A stretch of DNA of 37,545 nt from Conidiobolus incongruus B7586 (lineage: Eukaryota), in contig JNEM01011008.1 in NCBI GenBank assembly GCA_000697335.1, forward strand, positions 1-37,545, in the 5' to 3' direction. Shown piece after piece: positions 13,169 through 25,051 of this stretch. Positions within the stretch are counted from its first letter, which is position 1. Every line of letters begins with the position of its first letter. The position numbers and the translations under genes are program-made. The notes under the pieces were generated by a model that did no database searches, was not told the origin of the DNA, and saw nothing but the letters and a program-made list of their open reading frames with translations.

Positions 13169-13942
13169 ATGATGTTAATTCAGTTGTTGGGATTAATGAG
13201 TGCTTTGACAGCACAGATTAGTCCTTATTATTATGATATTAGTGGTGGAAATGACTATAATCGTGATAAGTCCAACTATCCTACTAATAATTATCCCACG
13301 GATGACAAGGGATCCTATCCAACCACCAAGGACGAGAAATTTGGATCGGATATTAAGAATCCATCTGAACAATGTCAGTCCACTCTTAAGCGCGTGAACG
13401 AAGCAATTAGCAATGAATCGATTCGAGACTGTTTCCCCAAAGGCTCATTATTCTTTGACACGACTTACACCGGTTGTAAGCCTAACTGCATGGAACCAAT
13501 GATCCAAATGAGTCGCGAAATTGTATCCTCCTGCTTCTCCAAACCCTCATCGGAATGTTCAGCCTCTAGCAGCGGTACCGAATCACCATCCCAATCTTAC
13601 CAAAATGCTACCAATACAGCGTATCATCAGTGGACAGATTCCAAATTGGTACAACTAGCATGTCAAAAATCTCCCAACTCCGAATCCTACTGCATTCAAG
13701 AACTCCAGCAGTCCGCTGCCAAAATCCTGAATGCTGAAGCTAGCGGTAATCCCGTGCGCAATCCTGAAAGAATGTGCACACAATGTGCCTCCAACTACAT
13801 CTCTCTCTGTGATGCCGAAGTGACCAAATTCCCCACAACATATTTCAACCAGATTGAAGATCCTGTGAAATTCAAGAACGAGTTGAAGAAGTTATGCTCC
13901 AATTACAAGGATGGGGATAATTATTATCAATCCTACTATTAA
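13169..13942 (+). CDS. Secreted cysteine-rich protein of unknown function (257 aa, intronless)
   Basis: Clean ORF with higher GC than its flanks; signal-peptide-like MMLIQLLGLMSALTA; 12 Cys; TATA-like TATAAAT near 13057. Confidence 0.85.
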   Translation: MMLIQLLGLMSALTAQISPYYYDISGGNDYNRDKSNYPTNNYPTDDKGSYPTTKDEKFGSDIKNPSEQCQSTLKRVNEAISNESIRDCFPKGSLFFDTTYTGCKPNCMEPMIQMSREIVSSCFSKPSSECSASSSGTESPSQSYQNATNTAYHQWTDSKLVQLACQKSPNSESYCIQELQQSAAKILNAEASGNPVRNPERMCTQCASNYISLCDAEVTKFPTTYFNQIEDPVKFKNELKKLCSNYKDGDNYYQSYY

Positions 13943-14242
13943 TATTTAATAAATAATAATTTCTCACTATCTATCTATTGATATCCTAGTTATCAATATT
14001 AACTTTTGTTCTACTCCGTTGGCAAATTGTTGTACAATTTAAAATCAGGTACAATTTAGATTTAATGGGATTTAATCAAAGCAAGGAAAAGATAGCAATT
14101 ATTAGATATAGAGAGATTGAAAATTATTACATTAAGAAAATTGAATAATAGATAAACAGAAAAATATTATTAAAGGAATAAATTAAAAGAAAAATTGAAA
14201 ATTATACATATTAATAAAGGGACTTTTTACCAGTTTACTTAA

Positions 14243-14324
14243 GACAGTTTGTCCGAGTGGTTAAGGAGTCAGACTTGAAATCTGATGGGCTCCGCCCGCA
14301 CAGGTTCAAATCCTGTAGCTGTCG
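14243..14324 (+). tRNA. tRNA-Ser (anticodon TGA), intronless
   Basis: Acceptor stem GACAGTT/AGCTGTC plus G; anticodon arm TCAGA-CT-TGA-AA-TCTGA; long variable arm GGGC-TCC-GCCC; T-loop GGTTCAAATCC. Confidence 0.96.
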
Positions 14325-16007
14325 TGATTACATTCACCTTTTTAATATTTTAACAAATTACATATAAAATTATTCTACAAAATTATTTAATAATTTCCAA
14401 TTATAAATTTATCCATAATATATAAAACAATCTCATTAGATCTTGAGTTCAATATGATATTCCACTATTAAAATTGTGTCTCAAAATTTAATGAACACAT
14501 TGATGATTTAATGGTGAATTATAAGATCAAATTCAGTGATATTTAATGCAATTTAATTAAAATCATATATAAAGTAGAATATATATATATATCTATATCA
14601 AAAAATATATTTACATTTTTTATATTGCATTACTCAAAATGAATAATATACACAAATTCTATATCCAATAATCGTAGTAAATTTTTAATAATCCATATTT
14701 TTGAATATTCAAAAAGTTTGGCTGTAAATTTTCAGCCTAAGTTTATTAAATAAAAAATAATTATTTTTATATTATTTTTTACACTAAAATTTTATTATTT
14801 ATTTTTTTTTCAAAAATTAATCATTTTTCTTTGATTTTCTTTTAATTTATATCCAATGTTCGTATTGGGAAATTCGAGTTTACCTAATATCTGAAAATAT
14901 TTTTTAAAAAAAATTAATATTAAATTCATTAGATGAAAATTTAAATAAATATTGATCAATCTCGAGAAATATGAAATGCTACCTATTAATATTAGTTTAA
15001 TTTTCACATTAGTTTTGACTATGACTGCCTTTTATATCAACCTTCAAATTGATGGCTTATTCGAATCAAAAGATACTGATAGCAATGTGGTTATAACTAC
15101 TTGGGTTGTAATTTTGGATATTACATATTTGATTTTATTCATGAATTTGATGTTGGCTTGAAAGAAATGAATTTAGGACTAAAAGTTTAGTTAATATTAT
15201 ATAATTTAGCCCAATTGAAGTATGAAGTACAATACAATGACAATATAATTGCCAGATTAAATGGGAAGTAGTGTAAAATATAATTTTAGTAAATCAATCA
15301 CATTCTTTAATATATAATTAAATATTTAATTCAATAAACCCATAATGTATTTGTATCTATTTAAAAATCAAAGACTATCCTTATCCAATCTTAGTATAAT
15401 ATTATATTATTTGAAAATTTTGATAATTATAATTATAATTAAATTCATTTTGGCAATATATATTTTATACCAAAATTCATACGAAGCATTATATCCTACA
15501 CTCAAATGGATATTAAATTCCATAATTCTCAATATTCCAAAAAATGCAATAATTGTGATTTTACCAATGAAGTGTATCACCAAGATCTATTAATAAACAA
15601 ATTAAAATGTATGAAAGAATTAGTAGCATGACTCTAATATAGTGATAAAATCCCATTTAATTTTTTGAAATTAAAAATATTAAAAACATTATAATATTCT
15701 TTGGAGAAAAGCGATAAAATGCAACATATTTTATTTGAATTGTTTACTTTTTCACAACAAATAAACACATATATGGAACTTGAAAGATAAATTCCAAACT
15801 GTGTTTAAGTAACCTAAATGCAGTATTATTCATTTGTTACAAAAAAGAAAATAAGGCCACAAATTAAATCCAGCGGTAATAATTTGGGGGGATGAAAACA
15901 GATATAAATAAGTGTTAGGGACTTCATTTCCTCTCATTTTATTTTGTAAATTACAATTTTAAAAATTACTTTTTAATTTAATTTAATAAGAAAAATAATA
16001 ATAAAAG

Positions 16008-17453
16008 ATGACTGATAGAGCTCAAAGTCAACAGTCTTTAGAAACTTCACCACTATTGAATAACAAATCTAATTCAATCGATCAAAAACCATTACCAACA
16101 CCATTGCCAAAACTTAAACTCTATATCCTTCTTTTTGTTAGATTGTCCTCACCTCTGTCCCTCAGTATAATATCTTCATTCATCTACTTTATGGTAAAAG
16201 ATTTCAACGTTACGGAAAATGATACCCAAGTTGGTTACTATGTAGGTACTTTAGCATCTTGCTTTGCAATTGCCGAAACCTGCACTAGTATTATGTGGGG
16301 CACTCTATCAGACAGGATTGGTAGAAAACCTGTTCTTATCTTTGGATTAATTGGATCCAGCATTAGTTTAATATTATTCGGACTTAGCAAATCCCTTATC
16401 TGGGCGATTTTAACCCGTAGTTTGCACGGAATCTTCAATGGAAATGTAAGTGTCGTGAAGGCTATGGTAGGGGAGATGACGGACAAATCGAATCGACCTA
16501 AAGCTTTCAGTTATCTTCCTGTTATGAAGGGATTGGGAAATATTGTTGGTCCTCTCATTGCTGGGTTCCTCGCTAGGCCAGCTGCCCAGTTCCCTGGTTG
16601 GTTTGGCAAAAGTGCATTTTGGACCAAGTATCCTTACTTTTTACCATGCTTGTTTGCAGGAAGTGTTGATATATTAATTTTGTTGTTTACTTTTTATTAC
16701 TTGGAAGAGACTTTAAAGCATAAACCAGCCTCTAGAAGTGGATCTGATTCAGAAAGCTCTATAAATAATACTATATCTTCAGACTCTGTTGCGGCACCAT
16801 TACTACAAAATCGCTTTAGTTCTTATATCTCCAATGATAGTCGAATGGTAATGATAGGATTTGCTCTTTTATCTCTCTGTTCAATAATATTCAATCAATT
16901 AATTGTACTCTGGACAGCAACTGATATTTCTCAAGGAGGATTAGGTTTCAAGCATAAAGACGTCGCAAAAACGTTATCAACTACGGGACTATCAATTTTA
17001 TTCGTTCAATTAGTAACTTATGCTCCATTACACCGATGGCTAGGTACTTTGAAACTATATCGATCAGTGTTCCCCATCTATATGATAGTATGCATTTTGT
17101 TCCCAATGGTCAATCTTATCGCTAAACAGGGCAACTTCACATTAATGTGGATTAGTTTAGTCGTCCTGATCGTAATCCGAGCAGCTTGCAATATTTTGGG
17201 TAATACAAGTGTCAACATTCTACTCGTTGAGTCTGCAATCGACAAGGGCAATTTGGGCATGTTGAACGGTTTGAGTCGCACCCTAAACGGAATTTGTAAA
17301 TCTTTAGCTCCAGCTCTCAGCGGAGCGTTTTATAGCTATTCCCTAAGTAACCAACTCCCATACCCTTTTGACTATCATTTAGTGTGGTATATTTTAGCAA
17401 TTTTATGCCTCTGCAACTATTTGTACTCGTATAATTTTCAATATATACATTAA
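16008..17453 (+). CDS. MFS transporter (ZIFL/YCR023C-like, DHA1-related), intact copy A
   Basis: 481 aa single-exon ORF with about 12 hydrophobic segments; MFS motif A WGTLSDRIGRKPV; GNIVGPLIAGFLA; family-typical YPYFLPC. Confidence 0.93.
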   Translation: MTDRAQSQQSLETSPLLNNKSNSIDQKPLPTPLPKLKLYILLFVRLSSPLSLSIISSFIYFMVKDFNVTENDTQVGYYVGTLASCFAIAETCTSIMWGTLSDRIGRKPVLIFGLIGSSISLILFGLSKSLIWAILTRSLHGIFNGNVSVVKAMVGEMTDKSNRPKAFSYLPVMKGLGNIVGPLIAGFLARPAAQFPGWFGKSAFWTKYPYFLPCLFAGSVDILILLFTFYYLEETLKHKPASRSGSDSESSINNTISSDSVAAPLLQNRFSSYISNDSRMVMIGFALLSLCSIIFNQLIVLWTATDISQGGLGFKHKDVAKTLSTTGLSILFVQLVTYAPLHRWLGTLKLYRSVFPIYMIVCILFPMVNLIAKQGNFTLMWISLVVLIVIRAACNILGNTSVNILLVESAIDKGNLGMLNGLSRTLNGICKSLAPALSGAFYSYSLSNQLPYPFDYHLVWYILAILCLCNYLYSYNFQYIH

Positions 17454-18391
17454 ATAATATTAGATTTAGAGATTATTGATTGGTATAAGCAAAATAAAAT
17501 TATGTTTTCTCACTTAGCCCAATTTTTAGTCAAAAGTGTTTTTATATATGTATATTGTAGTATTGATATAATATATAAACCATTTTATCTACAGTATCCA
17601 AGTTATAAAATTTCAATTTTAAACAAATGAATATTATTATAAAATTGGTAAAAAAAATTTATAATGTTGGTCAAATAAAATAAAAATATAGTAATATAAA
17701 TGATTAATTATTTCTCCATAGGTGATATAATATTTATTGATACATCTCTTATTTCTTTATATTATCATTGTTATAATGAAATTATTATCCATTAAATATA
17801 GCTCAAAGCATGCTATATTTGGTTCAAGTTCAATCCTATTGGAAGTTTTGTATATTTAATTTATCTAGATCACATTTTTCATCAATTTTATATATTATGT
17901 AATCGGTTTTTCTGGAACTTAGGTTATCGGTAACAGGTATGTCTGCATTATTGGGATTACCACCAATAGCTCAAATATATGATTGATAATAACGAAATCA
18001 GATAACTTATGGAAATATCAAAATATTGTATAAAATATTACTCCCACCTTTGACCACTTGAATTTGCTTGCAGTTGATAAAATTAATTTTTATGACACTA
18101 CAATTTATTTTTGATCAATTTGTAATATAATTAGTTCATTAACTATATTATCTTCACTTATCCAATTGAGCCTGGTTTTAATTATTTTTATTTAATGAAA
18201 TTTATATTTAATACAATCTAATATATTTTTCATCTGATTTCAATATAATTTAATATTAATCTACTGGTCAAAAAGTAAAAAAATCAAATGTAAACCCTAA
18301 ATTAACTATTACTTATAAATATAGTTCTAAAATAAATAAATTCAGGAATGCGTAGATCAAATGGTCAAAGGAGAGCGTAGATTGTATTTAA

Positions 18392-18729
18392 TGTCACGGG
18401 CCGGAGGACCCGTTCGTCCTTAACAATTCAATTCATTCGAGAACCCCGTCACAGATCCACCTGCAACGTGACCACAAAATACACCCAAGCAATGCAATCA
18501 ATCGTTCCATCCGACGTACGGTTCGTACGCTGGGAAGACACGTCAAGAAACTATAAATATGCCGACTACAACCAAGTTATCACGTCTGTCCTCTTCCTAG
18601 GGTACAGCCCAATAATCCAGGTTAAACAATAAATTACCCCTTTTATATCACCAAACAGGAGCCGTCCCGGAAGACGACTATTTACTTAAAAGTTATTGGA
18701 CACTTGACTTCCCAGCCAGTGTCATTACA
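18392..18729 (+). mobile_element. Probable solo LTR of an LTR retrotransposon (~338 bp)
   Basis: Abrupt GC- and CpG-rich island in AT-rich DNA; begins TGTCA and ends TTACA; flanks TTTAA/ATTAA (5-bp TSD with one mismatch); internal TATAAATA (~18552) then AATAAA (~18628); no ORF. Confidence 0.7.
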
Positions 18730-19956
18730 ATTAATGACAATATATTAATAAAATTTTCTAGGTTTAATTTCGTAACCATCACGTTAACTAATGAAAACTT
18801 TAAATTTTTGAATGGTTTTGATTGGTTGTAGGTATTTGAAAAACTTATCATCAGAAATTTATTCCCTTGATTTTAGTATGTTTGAAAAATAAAATAAGAA
18901 AATTTAGGAATTATTAATTTCAAATATAAAATGAATTATTTCATTGATCTTAATTAATAATTAATATTTATTAAGGGTAAAATATTATAACAATCCGATT
19001 TATAAAACATTTATTTGTTAATTTCAAATTTAATACTGCTGTAAATTCCTTTTAAAATTTTTTGAACTAAAAATTCAATTTTTTTTAAATATTATCAGAA
19101 ATTAATTTTGAAAAAATAATCGAATAATACTACTAAAATAATAATAACTTTGAATTAATATAGCATAAATATACTGTAAATATATTTTTATAAATCAAAA
19201 TGACATTTTATTAATATTTCTAAATTTTATATAAATTCGGATATTAAATGATTTGTGAAATATCGAATTGGATATATTCCAAATAAATAACATTAAACTA
19301 TTAAGGTTTGATTTATTCCAAAATAAAAAAATTCTATAAATATATTATTATAAATTATTCTGTTTTAATTGAAGATTTTATGTTTTCATCTTGATTGTAC
19401 TATATTTAATATAAAAATGATTATGATAAAATCTAATTATATATTAAATTTAAAAAACATCCACACTAATTCTCTGATATGATCAAACTGGAAAATTTAA
19501 TTTATTAAAAACCTTGACAAATTAGAAATGGAACAGAATATTAGTGAAGTTTTTAGGTGACTTCACTAAGAGAAAATAAGGTCAGGCCCATTTCAAATTG
19601 AAAATTTGGAGGTATCAGAAGTACTCTTGGCAAAATATTATCAATATTAAAAAAGAATAGGATATCGGCGGCTGTATCTTTCCGCCGTAAGCGGCTATCT
19701 AGTTCGCAGCTTGGTAAGTTTAATTCATTATTTGATATTATAATCATAACAATTGATCTCCTTACTATAACGCAGTAGTGCTAAGAAATTAATGAGTAAT
19801 CAATCGGACTTGATTGGCATATTAGAATCTCAATTTGTGGGGATGAATTCAATATAAAAGAAGGTAATTAGTCTAACATTTACATTTTTGTGATTGTCAA
19901 CACTTAAGAAAGAACAATTATAATAATAATAATAATAGCAAAATAATAATTAACAG

Positions 19957-21396
19957 ATGACAACACTGAACCCAACACAAAATCAATCATTAGAGACTAC
20001 TGCGCTGTTAGCACACCCTCCAAGTCTCGAATTTCAAAGAGTAACTCCATTACCACAGCCCCAATTTTACGTTTTATTAATGGTTCGTTTTTCAGAGCCT
20101 TTAGCTTTTAGTATCCTCTTTCCCTTTATTTACTTTATGGTCCGAGATTTTAATGTTACGGACAAAGAATCGGAGATTGGTTACTATGTAGGTACTATAG
20201 CTTCTTGCTTTGCCATCGCGCAAACTTGTACTAGTATATTCTGGGGCAGCATATCAGACAGAATTGGTAGAAAACCGGTTATTATATTTGGATTAATAGG
20301 ATCTGGTTTAAGTTTGATATTATTTGGCCTCAGTAAATCACTCATATGGGCAATTCTCACTCGTAGTTTGAGTGGTATCCTGAATGGCAATGTTGGTGTC
20401 ATTAGAACTATGGCTGGAGAAATGACTGATAAATCTAACAGAGCAGTAGCATTCTCTTACCTTCCAATGATGTTTGGTTTGGGAAATATTGTAGGTCCTA
20501 TAGTTGGTGGATTTCTTGCCAATCCATCTGAACAATTTCCTGATTGGTTTGGAAATAGTACATTTTGGATTACCTATCCGTACTTTTTACCATGTTTATT
20601 TGCTGGGGTCCTAAATATTTTCAATGCTCTCTTTGCCTATTGTTATCTCGATGAGACTTTGAAACGTCAGCAATCGATCCGAAGATCTGGATCCGATACA
20701 GAAACCTTGATTGAGTCATCATCTTCCAATTCTAGTAATCATTCATTACCATTGAATGATAATTCCATATCATACGAAAGCAAAATGGTAATGATCGGTT
20801 GTACGCTCTTATCTTTCTCAGCTGTCATGTTCAATGAGTTAATTGTATTATGGTCCGCTACCCCCATCGCAAATGGAGGATTGAAATTCTCGAGACAGGA
20901 TATTGCCAAAGCACTCTCTGTTACTGGTGCTACCATTTTGCTAGTTCAATTGACTGCCTATCCCAAATTGCAGCGATGGCTAGGAACTTTGAAACTATAT
21001 AGATATATTTTTCCTATTTACATTTTTGTATGCTTTCTAATTCCAATGGTTAATATCTTTGCCAAAAATGGAGACACTTTGCTAATGTGGACATTTTTAC
21101 TAATATTACTTATGCTGAGAGCTGCTTGTAATACATTAGCTGTGACAAGCATTAATATTTTATTAATCGATTCTGCTGAAGGTAAAAGTAACTTAGGAAT
21201 GCTCAACGGTATAGTTCAAACTTTGGGAGGCGTGTCCCGATCCATTGCTCCAGCTTTAACTGGTGTTATTTATAGTTACACTTTGAGTAGTCATTTTTCT
21301 TACCCATTTGACTACCATTTTGTTTGGTATATATTATCATTGATATGCTTTTTCAATTATTTAAATTCTTTTAAAATCAATCTCAATTCAAATTAA
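19957..21396 (+). CDS. MFS transporter (ZIFL/YCR023C-like), intact copy B
   Basis: 479 aa single-exon ORF; RFSEPL in TM1; WGSISDRIGRKPV; GNIVGPIVGGFLA; YPYFLPC. Confidence 0.94.
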   Translation: MTTLNPTQNQSLETTALLAHPPSLEFQRVTPLPQPQFYVLLMVRFSEPLAFSILFPFIYFMVRDFNVTDKESEIGYYVGTIASCFAIAQTCTSIFWGSISDRIGRKPVIIFGLIGSGLSLILFGLSKSLIWAILTRSLSGILNGNVGVIRTMAGEMTDKSNRAVAFSYLPMMFGLGNIVGPIVGGFLANPSEQFPDWFGNSTFWITYPYFLPCLFAGVLNIFNALFAYCYLDETLKRQQSIRRSGSDTETLIESSSSNSSNHSLPLNDNSISYESKMVMIGCTLLSFSAVMFNELIVLWSATPIANGGLKFSRQDIAKALSVTGATILLVQLTAYPKLQRWLGTLKLYRYIFPIYIFVCFLIPMVNIFAKNGDTLLMWTFLLILLMLRAACNTLAVTSINILLIDSAEGKSNLGMLNGIVQTLGGVSRSIAPALTGVIYSYTLSSHFSYPFDYHFVWYILSLICFFNYLNSFKINLNSN

Positions 21397-22003
21397 TTTT
21401 AATCTGACAAATTGATATCTTTATAATAACATTCTTACCTTTCTCAATCGCATCAAAATAAAAATATTTTTTGAGTTAATATTTGTAGTCTTTTTTTCAA
21501 AGCCAATTGGAATATTGATTAATAATTTCAATTTGATCTATTTGGTACAATTAATTATTTAAATTATTATCAATTTAGAATTTATATATTTATGAACCTG
21601 TTAGTTGTAATTAAATTTATTTTATACAATATTACCGAACCGAAATTTGAAGCAATAAAATGGAATATCATTTATTATTTTGAGAAATAATAAAATAGAT
21701 TAATAAATATTTCCGAAATTTCTCATTTAATTTCTAAAAAATAATGATAAAATATATAGTATTATTAAAAATATTGATAATATTAAATTTCTTCAAAAAA
21801 ATATTAATACAGGCTAAAATATCAAATTTTCTAAAAAATGGATCTTTGATTAAATATATTAAATCCATAAGATACTTAGTCAATGTGTCATTATTTTTTT
21901 ACTGAATAATGGACATAATATTTTTAAACTTGCTAAACCATAGTTATAATTTTGGTATAATAAATATACTAATAAAAATATTGCCTAAATTTTGATTTTG
22001 GAT

Positions 22004-23386
22004 ATGTCAGGTCAACGAAAAAATAATTACACAGACGAGGCAACACTACTAGTGTCTAACACTCAGGAAGTCGAGACTCCTCTACTACAACCACAGTTTA
22101 CCATTTTGTTATTTGCACGATTCTCAGAGCCCTTCGCATTCAGTCTGTTATTTCCCTTTGTTTACTTCATGGTGAAGGATTTCAACCTAACTGAAGATGA
22201 AACTCAACTTGGATACTATGTAGGTACCATAGCTGCTTCATTCGCAGTAACTCAAACCTGTACGAGTTTATTCTGGAGTAATTTATCAGACAGAATAGGC
22301 AGAAATTCTGTGATTATTACTGGATTAGTGGAAGCAGGTGCTATTATGGTCCTTTTTGGATTGAGTAAGACTTTGGCCTGGGTAACTGTCGCTTGAAGCA
22401 TTAGTGGTATGCTGAATGGCAACATTTTTATGGTTAAGACTAAGTATTCAGCCGCTTACCTCCCCTAAATGGACTTGAAAATATCTTGTGTGCTGCTACT
22501 GGTAGTTATCTATCCAATCCTGCGGATAAATCCCCATCAATCTTTGTAGGTATCGGATTCTTCAAGCTGTATCCATACTTTTTATCCTGCTTCATCTGCG
22601 GGCTTCTTAATTTGACTAATTCCACTGTTGCATATTTATTTTTGAATGTAACTTTGGTTTCTAAAAAATTGTCCAAATGATCCCAAGATAATGAAAGGTT
22701 GATCGATCCTCAGTCTTTACATCCATAAATCCAATCCCAGATGATAACCAAGCTTGCAAATTTTCAGAGTCAACAGAGAGGAAAATCGTCATATTTGGAT
22801 TTGGACTAATTACATCAATATCAATAATTCCTAATAAACTATTTGTGTTATGGTAAATGATATCAATTCCCTATGGAGGCCTTAACTTTGTAATAGAAGA
22901 TATTGTCAGAAGATTGACTATTGATGGTATATGTATCCTTGTTATCCGACTAATTACTTTCCACATCATCCAAAAAATGTATCAGTGTTTTCAATCTATG
23001 TAGTCATGCATTCTTCTTATATATACTAGCGTGTATTGGAACTGCTATGTTGAATTATTTAGTTATTAATAATCACTATACTGTGGATTTATCTGGACAT
23101 TTTTAATATTCTGAGAGAGGTTTGTGTGATTACGGCAGCAACAAGTTTACATCTCATGCTAATTGGCACGATGGATGATGAAGGCAATTTAGGAAGTTTG
23201 AATGGTTTTTACCAAATATTAGCTAAGTTGGTCAAAGCTATTGAGCCAATTTTGTGTGATACTGTTTAGAGTTGGTCCCTAAGTCATAACTATTACTTCC
23301 GTTTGAATTGTCATTTTATATAGTGCGTATTGACTTTTTAATTTGTAATTAATTATTTGATATCATATTTTATTAAAATCTAATAA
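22004..23386 (+). pseudogene. MFS transporter pseudogene (paralog of the 25052 copy)
   Basis: Collinear with 25052-26473 from ATG 22004 to about 23386. Stop at 22394-22396, a deletion around 22440, and many further stops and frameshifts. Confidence 0.9.
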
Positions 23387-25051
23387 ATATATTGTATTAC
23401 ATATAATCAATTGATAGTAATTAATTTATCAAAATATACATGTATTTCTCATAAGTTAATTTTAATCTTAAACAGGATTATTCATTGTTTTTGTATTTTA
23501 TGTTATAATTTTAAAAGCATAAATATTACTGGAATAAGTATTAGCTTTCTCAATGTTTAGACTAAAATTTTAATTTATCCAATAAGTACGAATAAAGAAT
23601 CATTCAAATCATAATAATTTTTAATTTTTAACTCAACCAATATTGTTTATATATTACCCAAATGTTAGCAATAGCACATCAAAAATATATGCAATATAAT
23701 ATCATAATGCTTAATTTAATAATATCTTCTATTCAAACTTATAGGCATTGCGCTATAATACGATATTTGCCAATTAACAAATTTGAAATTGTGTTTATAA
23801 TTCAAAAAAATTATTTTGACAATAAACAATACTTTTTGATGAAAATTGTTAATAATCTTTATCATATGCGTGGATTTTGGATCAAGTTCAAATTTCAAAC
23901 ATAATACTAAAAGATTGAACAATATTTCAAATACTAAAGTTAGAAAAATTGAATTTTAAATAATTTTCATAACTGGTAAGAAAAAAATTAGTTACCAAAT
24001 ATAGTGATAAATCATTTGAAATTTAGCATATCCAAAATTTAAATGATTTATTACTTGATATTGCTGATACACTGACATTTTACTTTATATTCAAATATAT
24101 ATTATCAGGGCTTAAATTTGAAATAATTTCAACTATTTAAAATCTTTTAATAATCTATTTTACAAGTTTATTCTAAAAATGGCAACAATACTTATTATAT
24201 TCAATGGATTTCAATTAAAAACTACTTTAATTTTTTGTCATCACTTTAAATCGAATAAAATTTTCATTATATTATTAATTTTAATAAACATTAGTTTTTA
24301 ATCATATTTTTAGGTTAAGAAATTGAACTTTAACATTTTGAATAATAATACTATTATTTATAATATATATAATCAATTTTTCAATTATTAATCAAATTTA
24401 TAATATTTTATCTAATTTCGGAATTAGGATTTTGACAGGATAATTCCGGGAGAATGCTTCCAATAATAAGGATAATGCAGGGTGTTTCCCATTCACTTAC
24501 TAACTAATTAGCCACTTTTAATAAGCTTTATAGTATTTATGCGATATGAAATATCTATAATTTCCCTAATCCAAGTTATTTGGAAAAATTTCAAATTTCT
24601 AATACTAATAAATTAAATCAAGTTCAATATTCATTAATTGCCTAACTTGGAAATTGGCATTTGAAGTATTTTATGATATTTTGGAATAGTTAATAATCAA
24701 ATCTAAATATTTTTTATTCAAAAAATCAATTTATAGTTAATGATAAGTATGTGCTTCTCTAAAAGAAGTTGAAATATGTATTAAGCATTGATCCATATAT
24801 ACAATAATAAAAGTTATTTCTATTTTTATCAAATTTAAATTTCATAAGAATATTCCAATTCTCTTAAAATAATTACAATAGTCATAAGATTTAGGGAGAA
24901 GAGCTAAACTATGCATTCAAAAAAGTAATATTATCAAATGTAAAAAATTATTAACCGTAATAAACCTTGGTAATATGCAATAAAACACGATATTTCAATT
25001 GTATAAATACGCATTTAAAGAGTAGTTATTCGTTGTAACTTGATTTCAAAA

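Noticed and set aside
14810..15593. Hydrophobic short ORFs (14952-15161, 15345-15593), possibly a decayed membrane-protein gene
   Set aside because: AT-rich DNA naturally yields I/L/F/N/K-rich ORFs; no motif or consistent splice model found.
17700..18200. Coding-like patch on the minus strand (…AIGGNPNNADIPVTDNLSS…)
   Set aside because: Interrupted by stops in the frames I read and not assignable; possibly an old relic.
23662..23922. Overlapping 80 aa and 68 aa ORFs
   Set aside because: Composition matches AT-rich intergenic DNA; no family features.
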